DNA of 64,000 nt, taken from assembly GCA_035524965.1 (NCBI GenBank), contig DATLFH010000082.1, positions 18,989 to 82,988 of the forward strand, written 5' to 3'. This stretch comes from Gemmatimonadota bacterium. GTDB taxonomy: Bacteria > Gemmatimonadota > Gemmatimonadetes > JACCXV01 > JAHWKZ01. Made by a program: the position numbers and the translations under genes. The notes beneath the pieces are model-generated. The model was not told where the DNA came from. It saw nothing but the letters and a program-made list of their open reading frames with translations, and ran no database searches. Shown here piece after piece: positions 1-9,004 of the stretch (its first letter is position 1; each line of letters begins with the position of its first letter).

Positions 1-70
1 CGCCCGCTTCAGCACCAGATACAACCGGAGGAGCGGTTTATTCCGACCTCCCGGCGCGGCCGCCGAACGG

Positions 71-907
71 CTACCGGGGACGGGAGGCGAGGAGAACCGC
101 GAGGCTGTCAGCCAGGGCCTGGGCCGCGCGGCGCCGCTCGGGCTCGAGACGCGCGCCGGCCTCCAGCGTATCGCCCCAGAGAGCCAGCGCCTGCCGGGCG
201 GCGACGGTGTCGCGGTCGGCGAGCGCGCCGCGCGCCGAGGCCTCGAACCGGCTGACGTCTCGGGGCAGGACAGCGTCCCGGAGGTCGGCCTGCGCCGCGG
301 AGACCGCCAATTCGTCGGCCGCGGGCAGCTCCTTCTCGGCCATCCCGGCAGGGGCGGCTTCGGGAGCTGGCGCGGCCTCGGGGGCTGGCGCGGCCGGACG
401 GAACGGCGCCCGCTCCGGCGGACTCCCCGCCTCGGCGGGGTCCGTCCCCTCGGCGGGGCCCGTCCCCGGGGGGGCCACCTGCCGCGCCCGGGGATCCACC
501 AACCGATCGGCGTCACCGGGTCCGCGGACTCCCTCCCGGATCAGCACTCCGATCGCGATCACGGCGAGGACGGCGAGCGCCGCCTGCGGTGCGTAGGCGA
601 GAAAGCGACCCGCACCCCGGGGCGCCGGCCGGCCCGACGTACGGGCCAGAATCGCCGCCCGCTGCCGAAACCAATCCGGCTCGGGTCCCGACCGCAGGTC
701 CGCCGCCGCGTACCCCCGCTCCATCGCCGCCGCGAAGACCTCGAGATCGCCGAGCGCGGCCGCGCAGTCCGGGCAGCCGGCCAGGTGCGAGCGGACCCGG
801 GCCTCTTCCCCGGCCGCAAGCTCGCCGGTCCGGAAACGATCGAGGAGCCCCACTACGTGCCCGGCGGCGTGCTCCCCACGCTGGTGTTCCGATCGCTCGT
901 CGATCAT
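71..907 (-). CDS. anti-sigma factor (zf-HC2 type, single TM, Pro/Ala-rich periplasmic tail)
   Basis: HLAGCPDCAAAL zinc-finger motif typical of ECF anti-sigma factors. Hydrophobic segment ALAVLAVIAIGVLI. ATG at 907 overlaps the TGA of the upstream sigma gene (ATGA). PAPEAA tandem repeats near the C-terminus. Confidence 0.6.
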   Translation of the reverse strand: MIDERSEHQRGEHAAGHVVGLLDRFRTGELAAGEEARVRSHLAGCPDCAAALGDLEVFAAAMERGYAAADLRSGPEPDWFRQRAAILARTSGRPAPRGAGRFLAYAPQAALAVLAVIAIGVLIREGVRGPGDADRLVDPRARQVAPPGTGPAEGTDPAEAGSPPERAPFRPAAPAPEAAPAPEAAPAGMAEKELPAADELAVSAAQADLRDAVLPRDVSRFEASARGALADRDTVAARQALALWGDTLEAGARLEPERRRAAQALADSLAVLLASRPR

Positions 908-1551
908 CGATCCTCCCGCTCGGGTGGCCCCGGGCCCCACCGGATCCCCTTCGATTCCAGGCAGGCGCGCATCTTCTCCCGCGCCCGCGCCAGGCGCGAC
1001 ATCACCGTTCCCTCGGGAATCCCCACCGCCCGCGCGATCTCGGCGTATCCGAACTCCTCGGCGTGCCTCAGATCGAAGCACTCGCGCTGATCCGCGGGAA
1101 GTCTCTCGCGACACTCCGCCAGCGCCACCCCCAGCTCCCGGTCCTCGACGGATCGATCGGTCCGATCGGCATTGGCGATCTCCGGCGCCCGATCGGGATC
1201 CGAGAACGAAAGCAGGCCCCATAGCTTCCTGCGACGCAGGACGTTCAGGCACCGGTTCCGGGCGATCCGGTAGATCCAGGTATAGAACCGGTACTCCGGA
1301 TCGTACTCGCCGAGCCGTGCGTAGGCGCGGACGAACGCTTCCTGGACGACATCGTCCGCTTCGTCCGGATCTCCGAGGAGGCCCAGGCAGCTCCAGTAGA
1401 GTCGCCGCTGGTAGCGTTCCACGAGAACGGCGTATAGCCGCGGGTCACCTGCAGCGATTTGGGTGATGAGCGTCGCCTCGGCGGCGGCGCTCTCGCCCTC
1501 GGGCCCCTCGATCGCCTTCTGCCCGGTGCTACCCGCGGGATCGTCTTTCAT
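904..1551 (-). CDS. ECF (sigma-70 family) RNA polymerase sigma factor
   Basis: Region-2/region-4 like sequence (VQEAFVRAYARL, YTWIYRIARNRCLN, GYAEIARAVGIPEGTVMSRLARAR). Translationally coupled to the downstream anti-sigma gene. Confidence 0.8.
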   Translation of the reverse strand: MKDDPAGSTGQKAIEGPEGESAAAEATLITQIAAGDPRLYAVLVERYQRRLYWSCLGLLGDPDEADDVVQEAFVRAYARLGEYDPEYRFYTWIYRIARNRCLNVLRRRKLWGLLSFSDPDRAPEIANADRTDRSVEDRELGVALAECRERLPADQRECFDLRHAEEFGYAEIARAVGIPEGTVMSRLARAREKMRACLESKGIRWGPGPPEREDR

Positions 1552-1912
1552 TCCGCGCCCGCTGTCGCGGCGGGCGGTCGGGCAGGCGGCGGGCGAGGTA
1601 GATCCCGCCGATGAGGAGGAAGAAGCCCGCGCTGAGGAGCGCCACGCTGTGGGTCAAGAACATTTCGACCACCGGTTCGGGGCGGAACGGCAGCTCGCGG
1701 GTCCATTCGCGCGCGTGGCGGAGCTGGCGGTACCACCCCAGGATCGTCATGCCCGGGACGATGATGCCCGCTGCGGCGAGGATCCGGATGGTCGTCGCGG
1801 GCCAGATCGACCGGCGTCCGCGACCCAGCGCGTAGACGCCGAGGATCGCGAGCGCGAGCGCGCCCAGGATCGCCCAGATCGGAAGCTCAGCGAGCGGAAC
1901 CGTCCGCGCCAT
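1529..1912 (-). CDS. hypothetical small membrane protein (3 predicted TM helices)
   Basis: ATG at 1912 (MARTVPLAELPIWAILGALALAILGV...) sits immediately after the fadJ TAA (1917..1915). Hydrophobic segments present. No recognisable family. Confidence 0.4.
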   Translation of the reverse strand: MARTVPLAELPIWAILGALALAILGVYALGRGRRSIWPATTIRILAAAGIIVPGMTILGWYRQLRHAREWTRELPFRPEPVVEMFLTHSVALLSAGFFLLIGGIYLARRLPDRPPRQRARNERRSRG

Positions 1913-1914
1913 CT

Positions 1915-4158
1915 TTAGAAGCCCTCGCCCAGGGTGGGTTGAGCGTCCTCGAGCCGGCCGCCGGCCGGGCGCGATCCGCCGGCGGGGCGCAGGCTCCGCG
2001 GCCGATCGCGCGGGGTGCCGTAGAACCCCCCTTCCCAGCGGGCTCGCTCGCGCAATGCCTCGGAGGGCTCGAAGCGAGGATCGATCGCGGCCGTCCACTC
2101 GTCCAGCCGGTCGATGATGCGCGGCAGCCCGACCTCGTCGGCCCAGCGCAGGAGGCCGCCGCGAAACGGCGGCCAGCCGATCCCCAGGACGAGCGCCAGG
2201 TCGCCGTCGGCGGGCGAGGCGACGATCCCGTCCGCCAGCGCGCGAGCGGCCTCATTGACCATCGGGTACAGGCAGCGCGCCCAGAGGGCGTCGGCTTCGT
2301 AGACCGGCGCCTCGTTCCCCTCCGCCCCGGGGGGCTGGGGGAGCCCCAGCTCGTCCTTGAGCCGCGGGTCGGCTTCAAGCCGCCGGCCGTCCTTGTAGCG
2401 ATAGAACCCCCGGCCCGACTTCCGGCCCAGGCGTCCCATCGTCTCCAGCCGGTGGAGCAGGGCGTGGGGGCGCATTCGCTCTGGATACGTCGCGGAAAGC
2501 ACCCGGCCGACCCGGGCGGCGACGTCCAGCCCGATCTCGTCGAGGAGTGCGAACGGGCCCATCGGCAGGCCGAATTCCTCGATTGTCGCGTCCAGCGACT
2601 CGATCGAAACCCCCTCCGCATACAGGTGCGCGGCTTCGTTGAGATAAGGCATGAGCAGACGGTTGACCCAGAAACCGGGCCCGTCGCCGACGACGACCGG
2701 CGTCTTCCCGAGCGCGCGCGCCGCGCCGTGGAGGGTCGCGAGTGCGTCAGCCGAGGTCCGCTCCCCGCGCACGACCTCGACCAGGACCATCTTCTCGACG
2801 GGGTTGAAGAAGTGGAGGCCTCCGAACCGCTCGGGTCGCGAGAGGGCGCGGGCCAGATCGTCCACCCGGAGCGAGGACGTGTTGGTGGCCAATACCGCTT
2901 CCTCGGGGACCTGCTTCTCGGCTTCGGCCAGCACCGCCCGCTTGACTTCCGGATCCTCGAAGACCGCTTCGACCACCAGGTCCACCGTGCCGAACCCCGT
3001 GTATTTCGTGGTTCCCGAGATCCTGTGCATCAGGTCCCGGATCTCGCGCCGCGCCAGGCGTCCCTTGCTCTCCGCACGGCGTGCGATCCGGGCCGCGTGG
3101 GCGAGCCCGCCGGCCACGCGCTCCACATCCGTGTCCTTGAGGCGCACGTCGATCCCTCGATACGCCGCGACCTCGGCGATCGCCCCGCCCATCACCCCCG
3201 CGCCCAGAATCGCGATCCGGCGGATCGGCCGGGCGGTCCCGACGGAGAGCGGCCTCCGGGCCGCCTCGCCGTGACGGTAGAGCCAGATCAGGTTCCGGGC
3301 GGCGGGGGTCATCGCCAGCTCGCCGACCGCTTCCGCCTCGGCCTCGAGGCCCTGGGTCATCCCCTGCGAGAGCCCGACCTCGATCGCGTCGATCGCGGCG
3401 AAGGGCGCCGGGTAGTGACCGCCCGTCTCCTCCCGGGCCCTCTTGCGGGCCTGCGACAGGACGAGTCGGCGCCCGATCGGGTTCTTCTCGAGGAGGAGTC
3501 CCGCCAGCCCGCCTCCGCCGGGGCCGCCGGGGAGCTCCGAGCCCCGGATCGCCGCCCGCGCGACCTCATCCGCCACCGTCGTAAGCTGCGCCCGCGGCAC
3601 GGCCCGGTCGACGAGGCCCATCCGCTCGGCGGCGCGGGCGGAAATCCGTTTGCCCGTCAGGATCAGGGTGAGGGCGTTCTTCAGTCCCACGATCCGCGGG
3701 GCGCGCTGCGTGCCTCCCCAGGCGGGGAGGATCCCGAGCTGGACTTCGGGAAAGCCGAGCCGGGTCACCTCGTCCTCGCTCGCAACGCGGAAGGAGCACG
3801 CCAGCGCGAACTCGAGCCCGCCCCCGACGCACGCCCCGTGGATCGCCGCCACGGTGGGGACCGAAAGATCGGCCACACGCTGGAACACCGCCTGACCGCG
3901 CCGCGCGAGCGCCGTGGCCTCGATGCCGGAATCGATCGCCGCCAGCATGTCGAGATCGGCGCCGGCGACGAAGCTGTCGTCCTTTCCCGAGCGGAATACG
4001 ACCGCTCCCAGGTCGCCGCGCCCCGTGAGCTCGGCGAGAACCTGCTCGAGCTCGTCCAGAACCGCCCGCGACCAGAGGTTCACGCGCCGGTCCGGCATGT
4101 CAAAAACGACGTGTGCCAGCCCTTCCCTATCTACGAAGTAGTCGAAGGACGCGCGCAT
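1915..4158 (-). CDS. fadJ: fatty-acid oxidation complex alpha subunit (enoyl-CoA hydratase / 3-hydroxyacyl-CoA dehydrogenase)
   Basis: N-terminal crotonase fold (MRASFDYFVD...AIHGACVGGGLEFALAC) and C-terminal NAD-binding 3HCDH (IAILGAGVMGGAIA). The true start at 4158 (ATGCGCGCG) overlaps the thiolase TGA. The 969-aa ORF in the track has a spurious N-terminal extension. Confidence 0.85.
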   Translation of the reverse strand: MRASFDYFVDREGLAHVVFDMPDRRVNLWSRAVLDELEQVLAELTGRGDLGAVVFRSGKDDSFVAGADLDMLAAIDSGIEATALARRGQAVFQRVADLSVPTVAAIHGACVGGGLEFALACSFRVASEDEVTRLGFPEVQLGILPAWGGTQRAPRIVGLKNALTLILTGKRISARAAERMGLVDRAVPRAQLTTVADEVARAAIRGSELPGGPGGGGLAGLLLEKNPIGRRLVLSQARKRAREETGGHYPAPFAAIDAIEVGLSQGMTQGLEAEAEAVGELAMTPAARNLIWLYRHGEAARRPLSVGTARPIRRIAILGAGVMGGAIAEVAAYRGIDVRLKDTDVERVAGGLAHAARIARRAESKGRLARREIRDLMHRISGTTKYTGFGTVDLVVEAVFEDPEVKRAVLAEAEKQVPEEAVLATNTSSLRVDDLARALSRPERFGGLHFFNPVEKMVLVEVVRGERTSADALATLHGAARALGKTPVVVGDGPGFWVNRLLMPYLNEAAHLYAEGVSIESLDATIEEFGLPMGPFALLDEIGLDVAARVGRVLSATYPERMRPHALLHRLETMGRLGRKSGRGFYRYKDGRRLEADPRLKDELGLPQPPGAEGNEAPVYEADALWARCLYPMVNEAARALADGIVASPADGDLALVLGIGWPPFRGGLLRWADEVGLPRIIDRLDEWTAAIDPRFEPSEALRERARWEGGFYGTPRDRPRSLRPAGGSRPAGGRLEDAQPTLGEGF

Positions 4159-5432
4159 CAGCGCTGGCGGCGGAAGACGATCGCGCCCCCCAAGCCCCCG
4201 CCTACACAAAGGGTGGCGAGACCCCACTCGGCCCCGCGGCGCTTCATCTCGAGGAGCAGCGTCAGCGCGAGCCGCGTGCCGGTCGCCGCGATCGGATGTC
4301 CGAGCGCGATCGCGCCGCCGTTCACGTTGAGACGCTCGGGCCGGATCTCGCCGATCGGCGCCGAACGGCCGAGCATCTCGGCCGCCCATTCCCGGGATGG
4401 AAAGACCTCGAGATTTGCGAGCACCACGGCGGCGAACGCCTCGTTGAGCTCGATCAGGTCGACCTCCTCGAGCCCGATGCCGGCGCGACCCAGGGCGAGC
4501 GGCGCGGCCACCGCCGGCCCCAGCCCCATCCGCCGCGGGTCGAGCCCGGCGTAGCCGAAGGATACGAGTGTGCCCAGCGGATCGTACCCCAGCGCGCGCG
4601 CCCGGTCGGCCTCCATCAACAGGACCGCCGCCGCCCCGTCCGTGATCATCGAGGAGTTTCCGGCGGTCACGGTTCCGTGGCGGCGATCGAAGGCTGGCTC
4701 GAGCCGCGCCAGGGCCTCCAGCGACTGGCCGGGACGGTAGCCCACGTCCTCGGCCACGACGTCGGCGAAGTTGGGGGGGACGAAGACCGGCGTCACCTCG
4801 TCGGCGAAGCGCCCCCCGGCCCACGCCGCCGCCGCCCGTTCATGGGAGCCGAGCGCGTACTCGTCCTGCGATCGGCGCGAGAGGTTGAATTCCTTCGCCA
4901 GCACCTCCGCGGTCTCCCCCATGTTGAGGCCGCAGACCGGGTCCGTCAGGCCCTCGGCGAGCGCGACGACCGGCTTCAGGTGCGCGGGGCGGAGGCGGGT
5001 CGCGACGGCGACCTTGCCGGGCACCGAACGCGCGCGGCTGAGGTCGCTCATGACCCCGGCGAACTCCCCCGGATACTGGAGCGGCACCCGGGACATCGAT
5101 TCGACCCCGCCCGCCAGGACGATATCGGACTGCCCGAGGACGATCTGGTTGTAACCGTCGGTCAGGGACTGGAAGCCGGAAGCGCAGTTGCGGGCGACCG
5201 AGAAGGCCGCTACGGGAGGCGGCACCCCGGCGTAGAGCGCGGCCACGCGGGCGATGTTGGGAGCGTCCGCGGGCGGCGCGGCGTTCCCCAGGATGACCTC
5301 GTCGATTTCAGCGGGATCGATCTCCGTCCGCTCGAGGAGCTCGCGGATCGCGGTCCGTGCGAGCTCGACCGCGTCGACGCGGGCCAGCGCGGTTCCCGCC
5401 TTGGCGAACGGGGTCCGGACCCCGTCTACCAC
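4158..5432 (-). CDS. fadI: 3-ketoacyl-CoA thiolase (FadI/FadA-like acetyl-CoA C-acyltransferase)
   Basis: Thiolase motifs (VRTPFAKAG, NCASGFQS active-site Cys, C-terminal GHPIAATG...CVGGGLGGA). The start is uncertain: no ATG follows the upstream stop, and GTG at 5432 is proposed. Confidence 0.75.
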   Translation of the reverse strand: MVDGVRTPFAKAGTALARVDAVELARTAIRELLERTEIDPAEIDEVILGNAAPPADAPNIARVAALYAGVPPPVAAFSVARNCASGFQSLTDGYNQIVLGQSDIVLAGGVESMSRVPLQYPGEFAGVMSDLSRARSVPGKVAVATRLRPAHLKPVVALAEGLTDPVCGLNMGETAEVLAKEFNLSRRSQDEYALGSHERAAAAWAGGRFADEVTPVFVPPNFADVVAEDVGYRPGQSLEALARLEPAFDRRHGTVTAGNSSMITDGAAAVLLMEADRARALGYDPLGTLVSFGYAGLDPRRMGLGPAVAAPLALGRAGIGLEEVDLIELNEAFAAVVLANLEVFPSREWAAEMLGRSAPIGEIRPERLNVNGGAIALGHPIAATGTRLALTLLLEMKRRGAEWGLATLCVGGGLGGAIVFRRQR

Positions 5433-5461
5433 GACGACGCGCCGGTCGTGCCGCCAGGCGT

Positions 5462-6202
5462 CTAAAAGACGGGCTCCAGCGTGGCGTTCTCGCCGGTCAA
5501 CCGCACCGTGTCCTGGCCGCCCTCGCCCTCGACCTGGACGTTCCAGCGATACTGCTGGCTGATCGAGCCCGGCACCGGCGCGGCTCCCAGGATCCACCAT
5601 GTCCCGTTCGGGACGGTGACGTCGGCGAAGCCGTCGGGGTTCGTTTCCGCCCGCTGGAGCGGGAGGTCGCCGATCCGCAGGCTCTCCGCGCTCGCGAACT
5701 CCGCCCCCGGCCATGCGCGCTCCTCCCACGCCCGGCGCGCTTCGCGATACTCGTTCCGCACGGCGGTGTACGTGTCGGTGACCTCCTGGCACCGCGCGAA
5801 CCGCTGCTCCTCGCGGGCGACCAGCACCTGGTAGCGTTCGAACGCCGCGCGGTAGGCGTCCGAGGTCTCTCCCTCCCGTCCGGCTATCGAAGTCGCCTCC
5901 TGGCGGACCGCCTCGATGGAATCACCGGTCACGCGGTAGGCCGTGCAGACATCCTGATACGTCTGCGACAGCGCGCGGATCGAATCGGCGACCGGCGGCT
6001 CGCCGGGTTGGGTCCGGCTCTCCATCTCCTGGTAGAGCTGATCGATGTCGTAGGGGAGGATGTCGAGCGCGACGTTGGAAAGCGGTACCGTCTCCCCCTC
6101 GGCGTTCTGGCCCTGAGCAGCGATCGTCAACTCGGTTTCGGTGCTGCAGGCCACTGCCACCAAGACCAGCGCCGCGGCGCCAAAGGCTTGCCGGATTCCC
6201 AC
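5462..6202 (-). CDS. hypothetical lipoprotein
   Basis: Signal peptide with lipobox (AALVLVAVAC). Acidic/charged mature region. No identifiable domain. Confidence 0.5.
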   Translation of the reverse strand: MGIRQAFGAAALVLVAVACSTETELTIAAQGQNAEGETVPLSNVALDILPYDIDQLYQEMESRTQPGEPPVADSIRALSQTYQDVCTAYRVTGDSIEAVRQEATSIAGREGETSDAYRAAFERYQVLVAREEQRFARCQEVTDTYTAVRNEYREARRAWEERAWPGAEFASAESLRIGDLPLQRAETNPDGFADVTVPNGTWWILGAAPVPGSISQQYRWNVQVEGEGGQDTVRLTGENATLEPVF

Positions 6203-6238
6203 TCTCGACCTCCTCGGGGCTGACGTTAGACGTCCAAG

Positions 6239-7501
6239 TTATGAGCCGCTCGACGCCGGAAGCAACGCCGCGATCCCGCGCGGGACGACGTACGCCCGGA
6301 CCGGCTCGCCCTTGAAATATCTTTGTCCCAGCGCCTGGATCCGCTCCGGCGTGACCGCCTCGATCGCGGTCAGCCAGCGGTCGCCGAAGTCCTGTCCCAG
6401 GCCGTACGCCTCGTACAGCCCCAGCCGGACGGCCTGCGCCATGTTCGTCTCGGCGCCGATCAGGTAGCTGCCCTTCAAATATCGGCGGGCGGCCTCGATC
6501 TCCTCCTCCCTGACCGGCTCGTCGACGATGCGCTCGAACTCCCGCGCCAGACCGTGCGCCGCCTCACCGGCCCGGTCGGGGTCGGTGATGATGTAGGCGG
6601 CGATGAACGAGCCGTCGAGCTGGTCGTTGTAGATCGAAGACACCTGGTAGGCGAGCGAACGCTTCTCGCGGAGCTCGATGAACAGACGCGAAGACATGGA
6701 GCCGCCGAGGATCGCGTCGAGGAGCCGGGCAACCGGGTAGTCGGGGTCGTTGTAATCGGGCGCGGGATACCCGTGCACGAGGTACGCGGCCTGGCGATCG
6801 AGGTCCAGCCGTCGGGCACCCCCGAAGGTCGTGGGCGCAAACGGGCGGGGCTCAGGCGGGGCCAGCGGCGTGCGCCCGAAGGCGGCCTCCATCCGGGCCA
6901 CCAGACGGTCGGGGTCGAAGCGGCCCACCGCCACGACGATCGGTGGGATGGGGCGGTAGAATCGGCGCGCGGCTGCGATCACCTGATCCCGGTCGAATCC
7001 GCGCACCGTCTCCCGGTATCCGAGAGCGGGCTTGTGGTAGGGATGCGAGCCGTATAACTGCTCTCGAAAAAGGTCGACCACCCGCACCATCAACTGGTCC
7101 TCGCGCGCCTCGAGCGCGCCCAGCGCCTGCTCGATCTCGGTGGCGACCTCATCATCCGCAAAGGCCGGCTCGGTCAGGGTCTCCAGAAAGAGGTCGAGAG
7201 CCGGCTCCCACCCGCTCGCCGTCGCCCTCAGGCTGATCGACCCCAGATCGCTTCCCGATCCGGAGTCCAGGTCGGCACCGAGGTCGGCCAGCGCGTCGTG
7301 AAGGGCGTCCGCCGACCGGGTGAGCGTGCCGCGGGGGAGCACGCTCTGCACGAGGCTGGAGATGCCGGCCTCGGGGTCCCGCTCGTAGAGCGACCCCATC
7401 GGCAGGACCGCGCGTATCGCGACGATGTCGTTGGTCTCGAGCGGCCGCGCGAGCACCGTCGCGCCGGCCGACAGGACGTGGCGTCCGTGATCAAGCCCCA
7501 T
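6239..7501 (-). CDS. M16-family peptidase-like protein, non-catalytic partner (lacks HxxEH)
   Basis: M16 fold-like sequence without the HxxEH zinc motif. ATG at 7501 overlaps the upstream M16 gene by 11 nt. Confidence 0.65.
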   Translation of the reverse strand: MGLDHGRHVLSAGATVLARPLETNDIVAIRAVLPMGSLYERDPEAGISSLVQSVLPRGTLTRSADALHDALADLGADLDSGSGSDLGSISLRATASGWEPALDLFLETLTEPAFADDEVATEIEQALGALEAREDQLMVRVVDLFREQLYGSHPYHKPALGYRETVRGFDRDQVIAAARRFYRPIPPIVVAVGRFDPDRLVARMEAAFGRTPLAPPEPRPFAPTTFGGARRLDLDRQAAYLVHGYPAPDYNDPDYPVARLLDAILGGSMSSRLFIELREKRSLAYQVSSIYNDQLDGSFIAAYIITDPDRAGEAAHGLAREFERIVDEPVREEEIEAARRYLKGSYLIGAETNMAQAVRLGLYEAYGLGQDFGDRWLTAIEAVTPERIQALGQRYFKGEPVRAYVVPRGIAALLPASSGS

Positions 7502-8777
7502 CCGGCCCCACCCACGCGCGGACAGCCCGAGCCGGGTCCGCACGGCGGGCCAGCGCTTCGGTGGCGGCCTCCGGAGTGACGGCCGCGATCCCCGCCAGAA
7601 TTTGACGGTATGCGCCCGCATACCCGAACAGCAGCTCGAACTCGCCGAGCGTTCCGGTCATGGCCGCGTTCGTCTCGTTGTCGTACGCGAAGTCGGCAGC
7701 CAGGATCGCCTGCGCGCGCCGCACCTCATCGCCGGTCAACCCCTGTTGAGCGGCCGCTCCCATCACGCTCGCCACCTCGGCCTCGACCGTCTCCCGGCGC
7801 TCCGGCTCGAAGACCGCGCTGATCCCCAGCAGTCCGGCGCGCTGAAGGCCGTACGTCCAGGCGTTGACCGCCGTCACGAGACGCAGCTCGTCGATCAGCC
7901 GGCGGTGGAGACGCGAGGTCTCGCCCTCGCCCAGGATCGTAGCCGCCACCTCGATCGCGCAGAGCTCGGCCAATTCGTCGCGGCCGGCGGTCTGGAAGCC
8001 CCAGGCCAGATATCCCTGGCCCACGTCCATTCGCTCCTCGACGGCGGCCGGGCCGACGGGCGGCGGCTCGGGGACTGGCGGGGCGCCGTTCGCCCGGCCG
8101 AGGCCACCCAGGCGGGCCTGCACCGCGTCGACCGCAGACGCGGGCTCCACGTCCCCCGCCACCGCCACCACCAGCCGGTCGGCGCGGTAGTTCGCCCTCC
8201 AGTACTCGCGCAGGACGGTGGGCGTGATGCGATCCAGCGACGCCGGCGTCCCCAGCACCTCGCGGGCGTAGGCGGTCTCCCCGAAGGCCGCGGTCGTGAG
8301 GGCCGAGTAGAGGCGCCCGTGAGGTGAATCGTTCTTGCGCCGGATCTCTTCCTTGACAACCTGCCGCTCCCGCTCGATCTCGGGCTCGGGCAGCGCCGGC
8401 TCCACGAGATGATCCGCCAGGAGGTCCAGGGCGGTCGCGAAGTGCTCGGCCGGCGCGACGATGTAGTAGTGGGTGAATTCCATCGAAGTGGCGGCGTTGT
8501 TGTAGCCGCCCATCTCCTTGACGATCCGATCCATCGCCCCCAGCGGGTAGCGCTCGGTCCCCTTGAAGAACATGTGCTCCAGGAAATGCGAGATGCCGGC
8601 GTGCTCGTCCGTTTCGTGCAGTGCGCCGATCCCAATCCAGCAATCCACCGCCACGATGGGAAGCGTCGGGTTGGGACGAACGAGCACCCGGAGGCCACTT
8701 TCCAGCTCGGCCCGAGCGAAGGGAGCCGGGCTGGCCTCCCCGGCCCTCCCGACCCTCTCGATCCGCGGCACGCTCAC
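7491..8777 (-). CDS. M16-family zinc metallopeptidase (pitrilysin-like), catalytic subunit
   Basis: Inverted zinc motif HFLEHM (HxxEH) and GISHFLEHMFFKGT. Confidence 0.8.
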   Translation of the reverse strand: MSVPRIERVGRAGEASPAPFARAELESGLRVLVRPNPTLPIVAVDCWIGIGALHETDEHAGISHFLEHMFFKGTERYPLGAMDRIVKEMGGYNNAATSMEFTHYYIVAPAEHFATALDLLADHLVEPALPEPEIERERQVVKEEIRRKNDSPHGRLYSALTTAAFGETAYAREVLGTPASLDRITPTVLREYWRANYRADRLVVAVAGDVEPASAVDAVQARLGGLGRANGAPPVPEPPPVGPAAVEERMDVGQGYLAWGFQTAGRDELAELCAIEVAATILGEGETSRLHRRLIDELRLVTAVNAWTYGLQRAGLLGISAVFEPERRETVEAEVASVMGAAAQQGLTGDEVRRAQAILAADFAYDNETNAAMTGTLGEFELLFGYAGAYRQILAGIAAVTPEAATEALARRADPARAVRAWVGPDGA

Positions 8778-8849
8778 GCCCGAATTCTCATAGGCTGGCT
8801 CGATTCTGCGGGCTTCGAATTTGCAGCACGGAGGAGGGGACGCGTTGAA

Positions 8850-9000
8850 GGCCGCTCAAAACGGCGAAGCGACCCGCTTCGCGGGTGCCCCGGGCGTGCG
8901 AGGAGGGCGAACGACGCCTACTGAAAGTAGGCCGCGGTGAAGCCGGGTACCCACGTAGTGGGTGTAAGCAGAACGAAGAGATTCGCCGTTTTCAGCGGCC
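8850..9000. repeat. 151-bp element bounded by 19-bp terminal inverted repeats, containing internal hairpins
   Basis: GGCCGCTCAAAACGGCGAA at 8850..8868 matches TTCGCCGTTTTCAGCGGCC at 8982..9000 with 18/19 bp as a reverse complement. Internal hairpins cctactGAAAagtagg and cccacGTAgtggg. Non-coding spacer between the M16 and M23 peptidase genes. Confidence 0.5.
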
Positions 9001-9004
9001 GAGC

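Noticed and set aside
1939-4554. 871-aa plus-strand ORF antisense to fadJ. Similar long ORFs include 11040..12767 antisense to metG and 21391..23724 antisense to mfd.
   Set aside because: Arg/Pro/Gly-rich low-complexity translations with no motifs. These are typical open antisense frames of about 70%-GC DNA. The opposite strand encodes clearly recognisable conserved proteins.
8850-9000. Possibility that the inverted-repeat element is SRP (4.5S) RNA
   Set aside because: It has an AGCAG and a GNRA-loop hairpin but lacks the conserved helix-8 arrangement (short GGAA-capped helix flanked by symmetric and asymmetric loops, CAGG...AGCAGCC). It is kept as an unclassified structured element.
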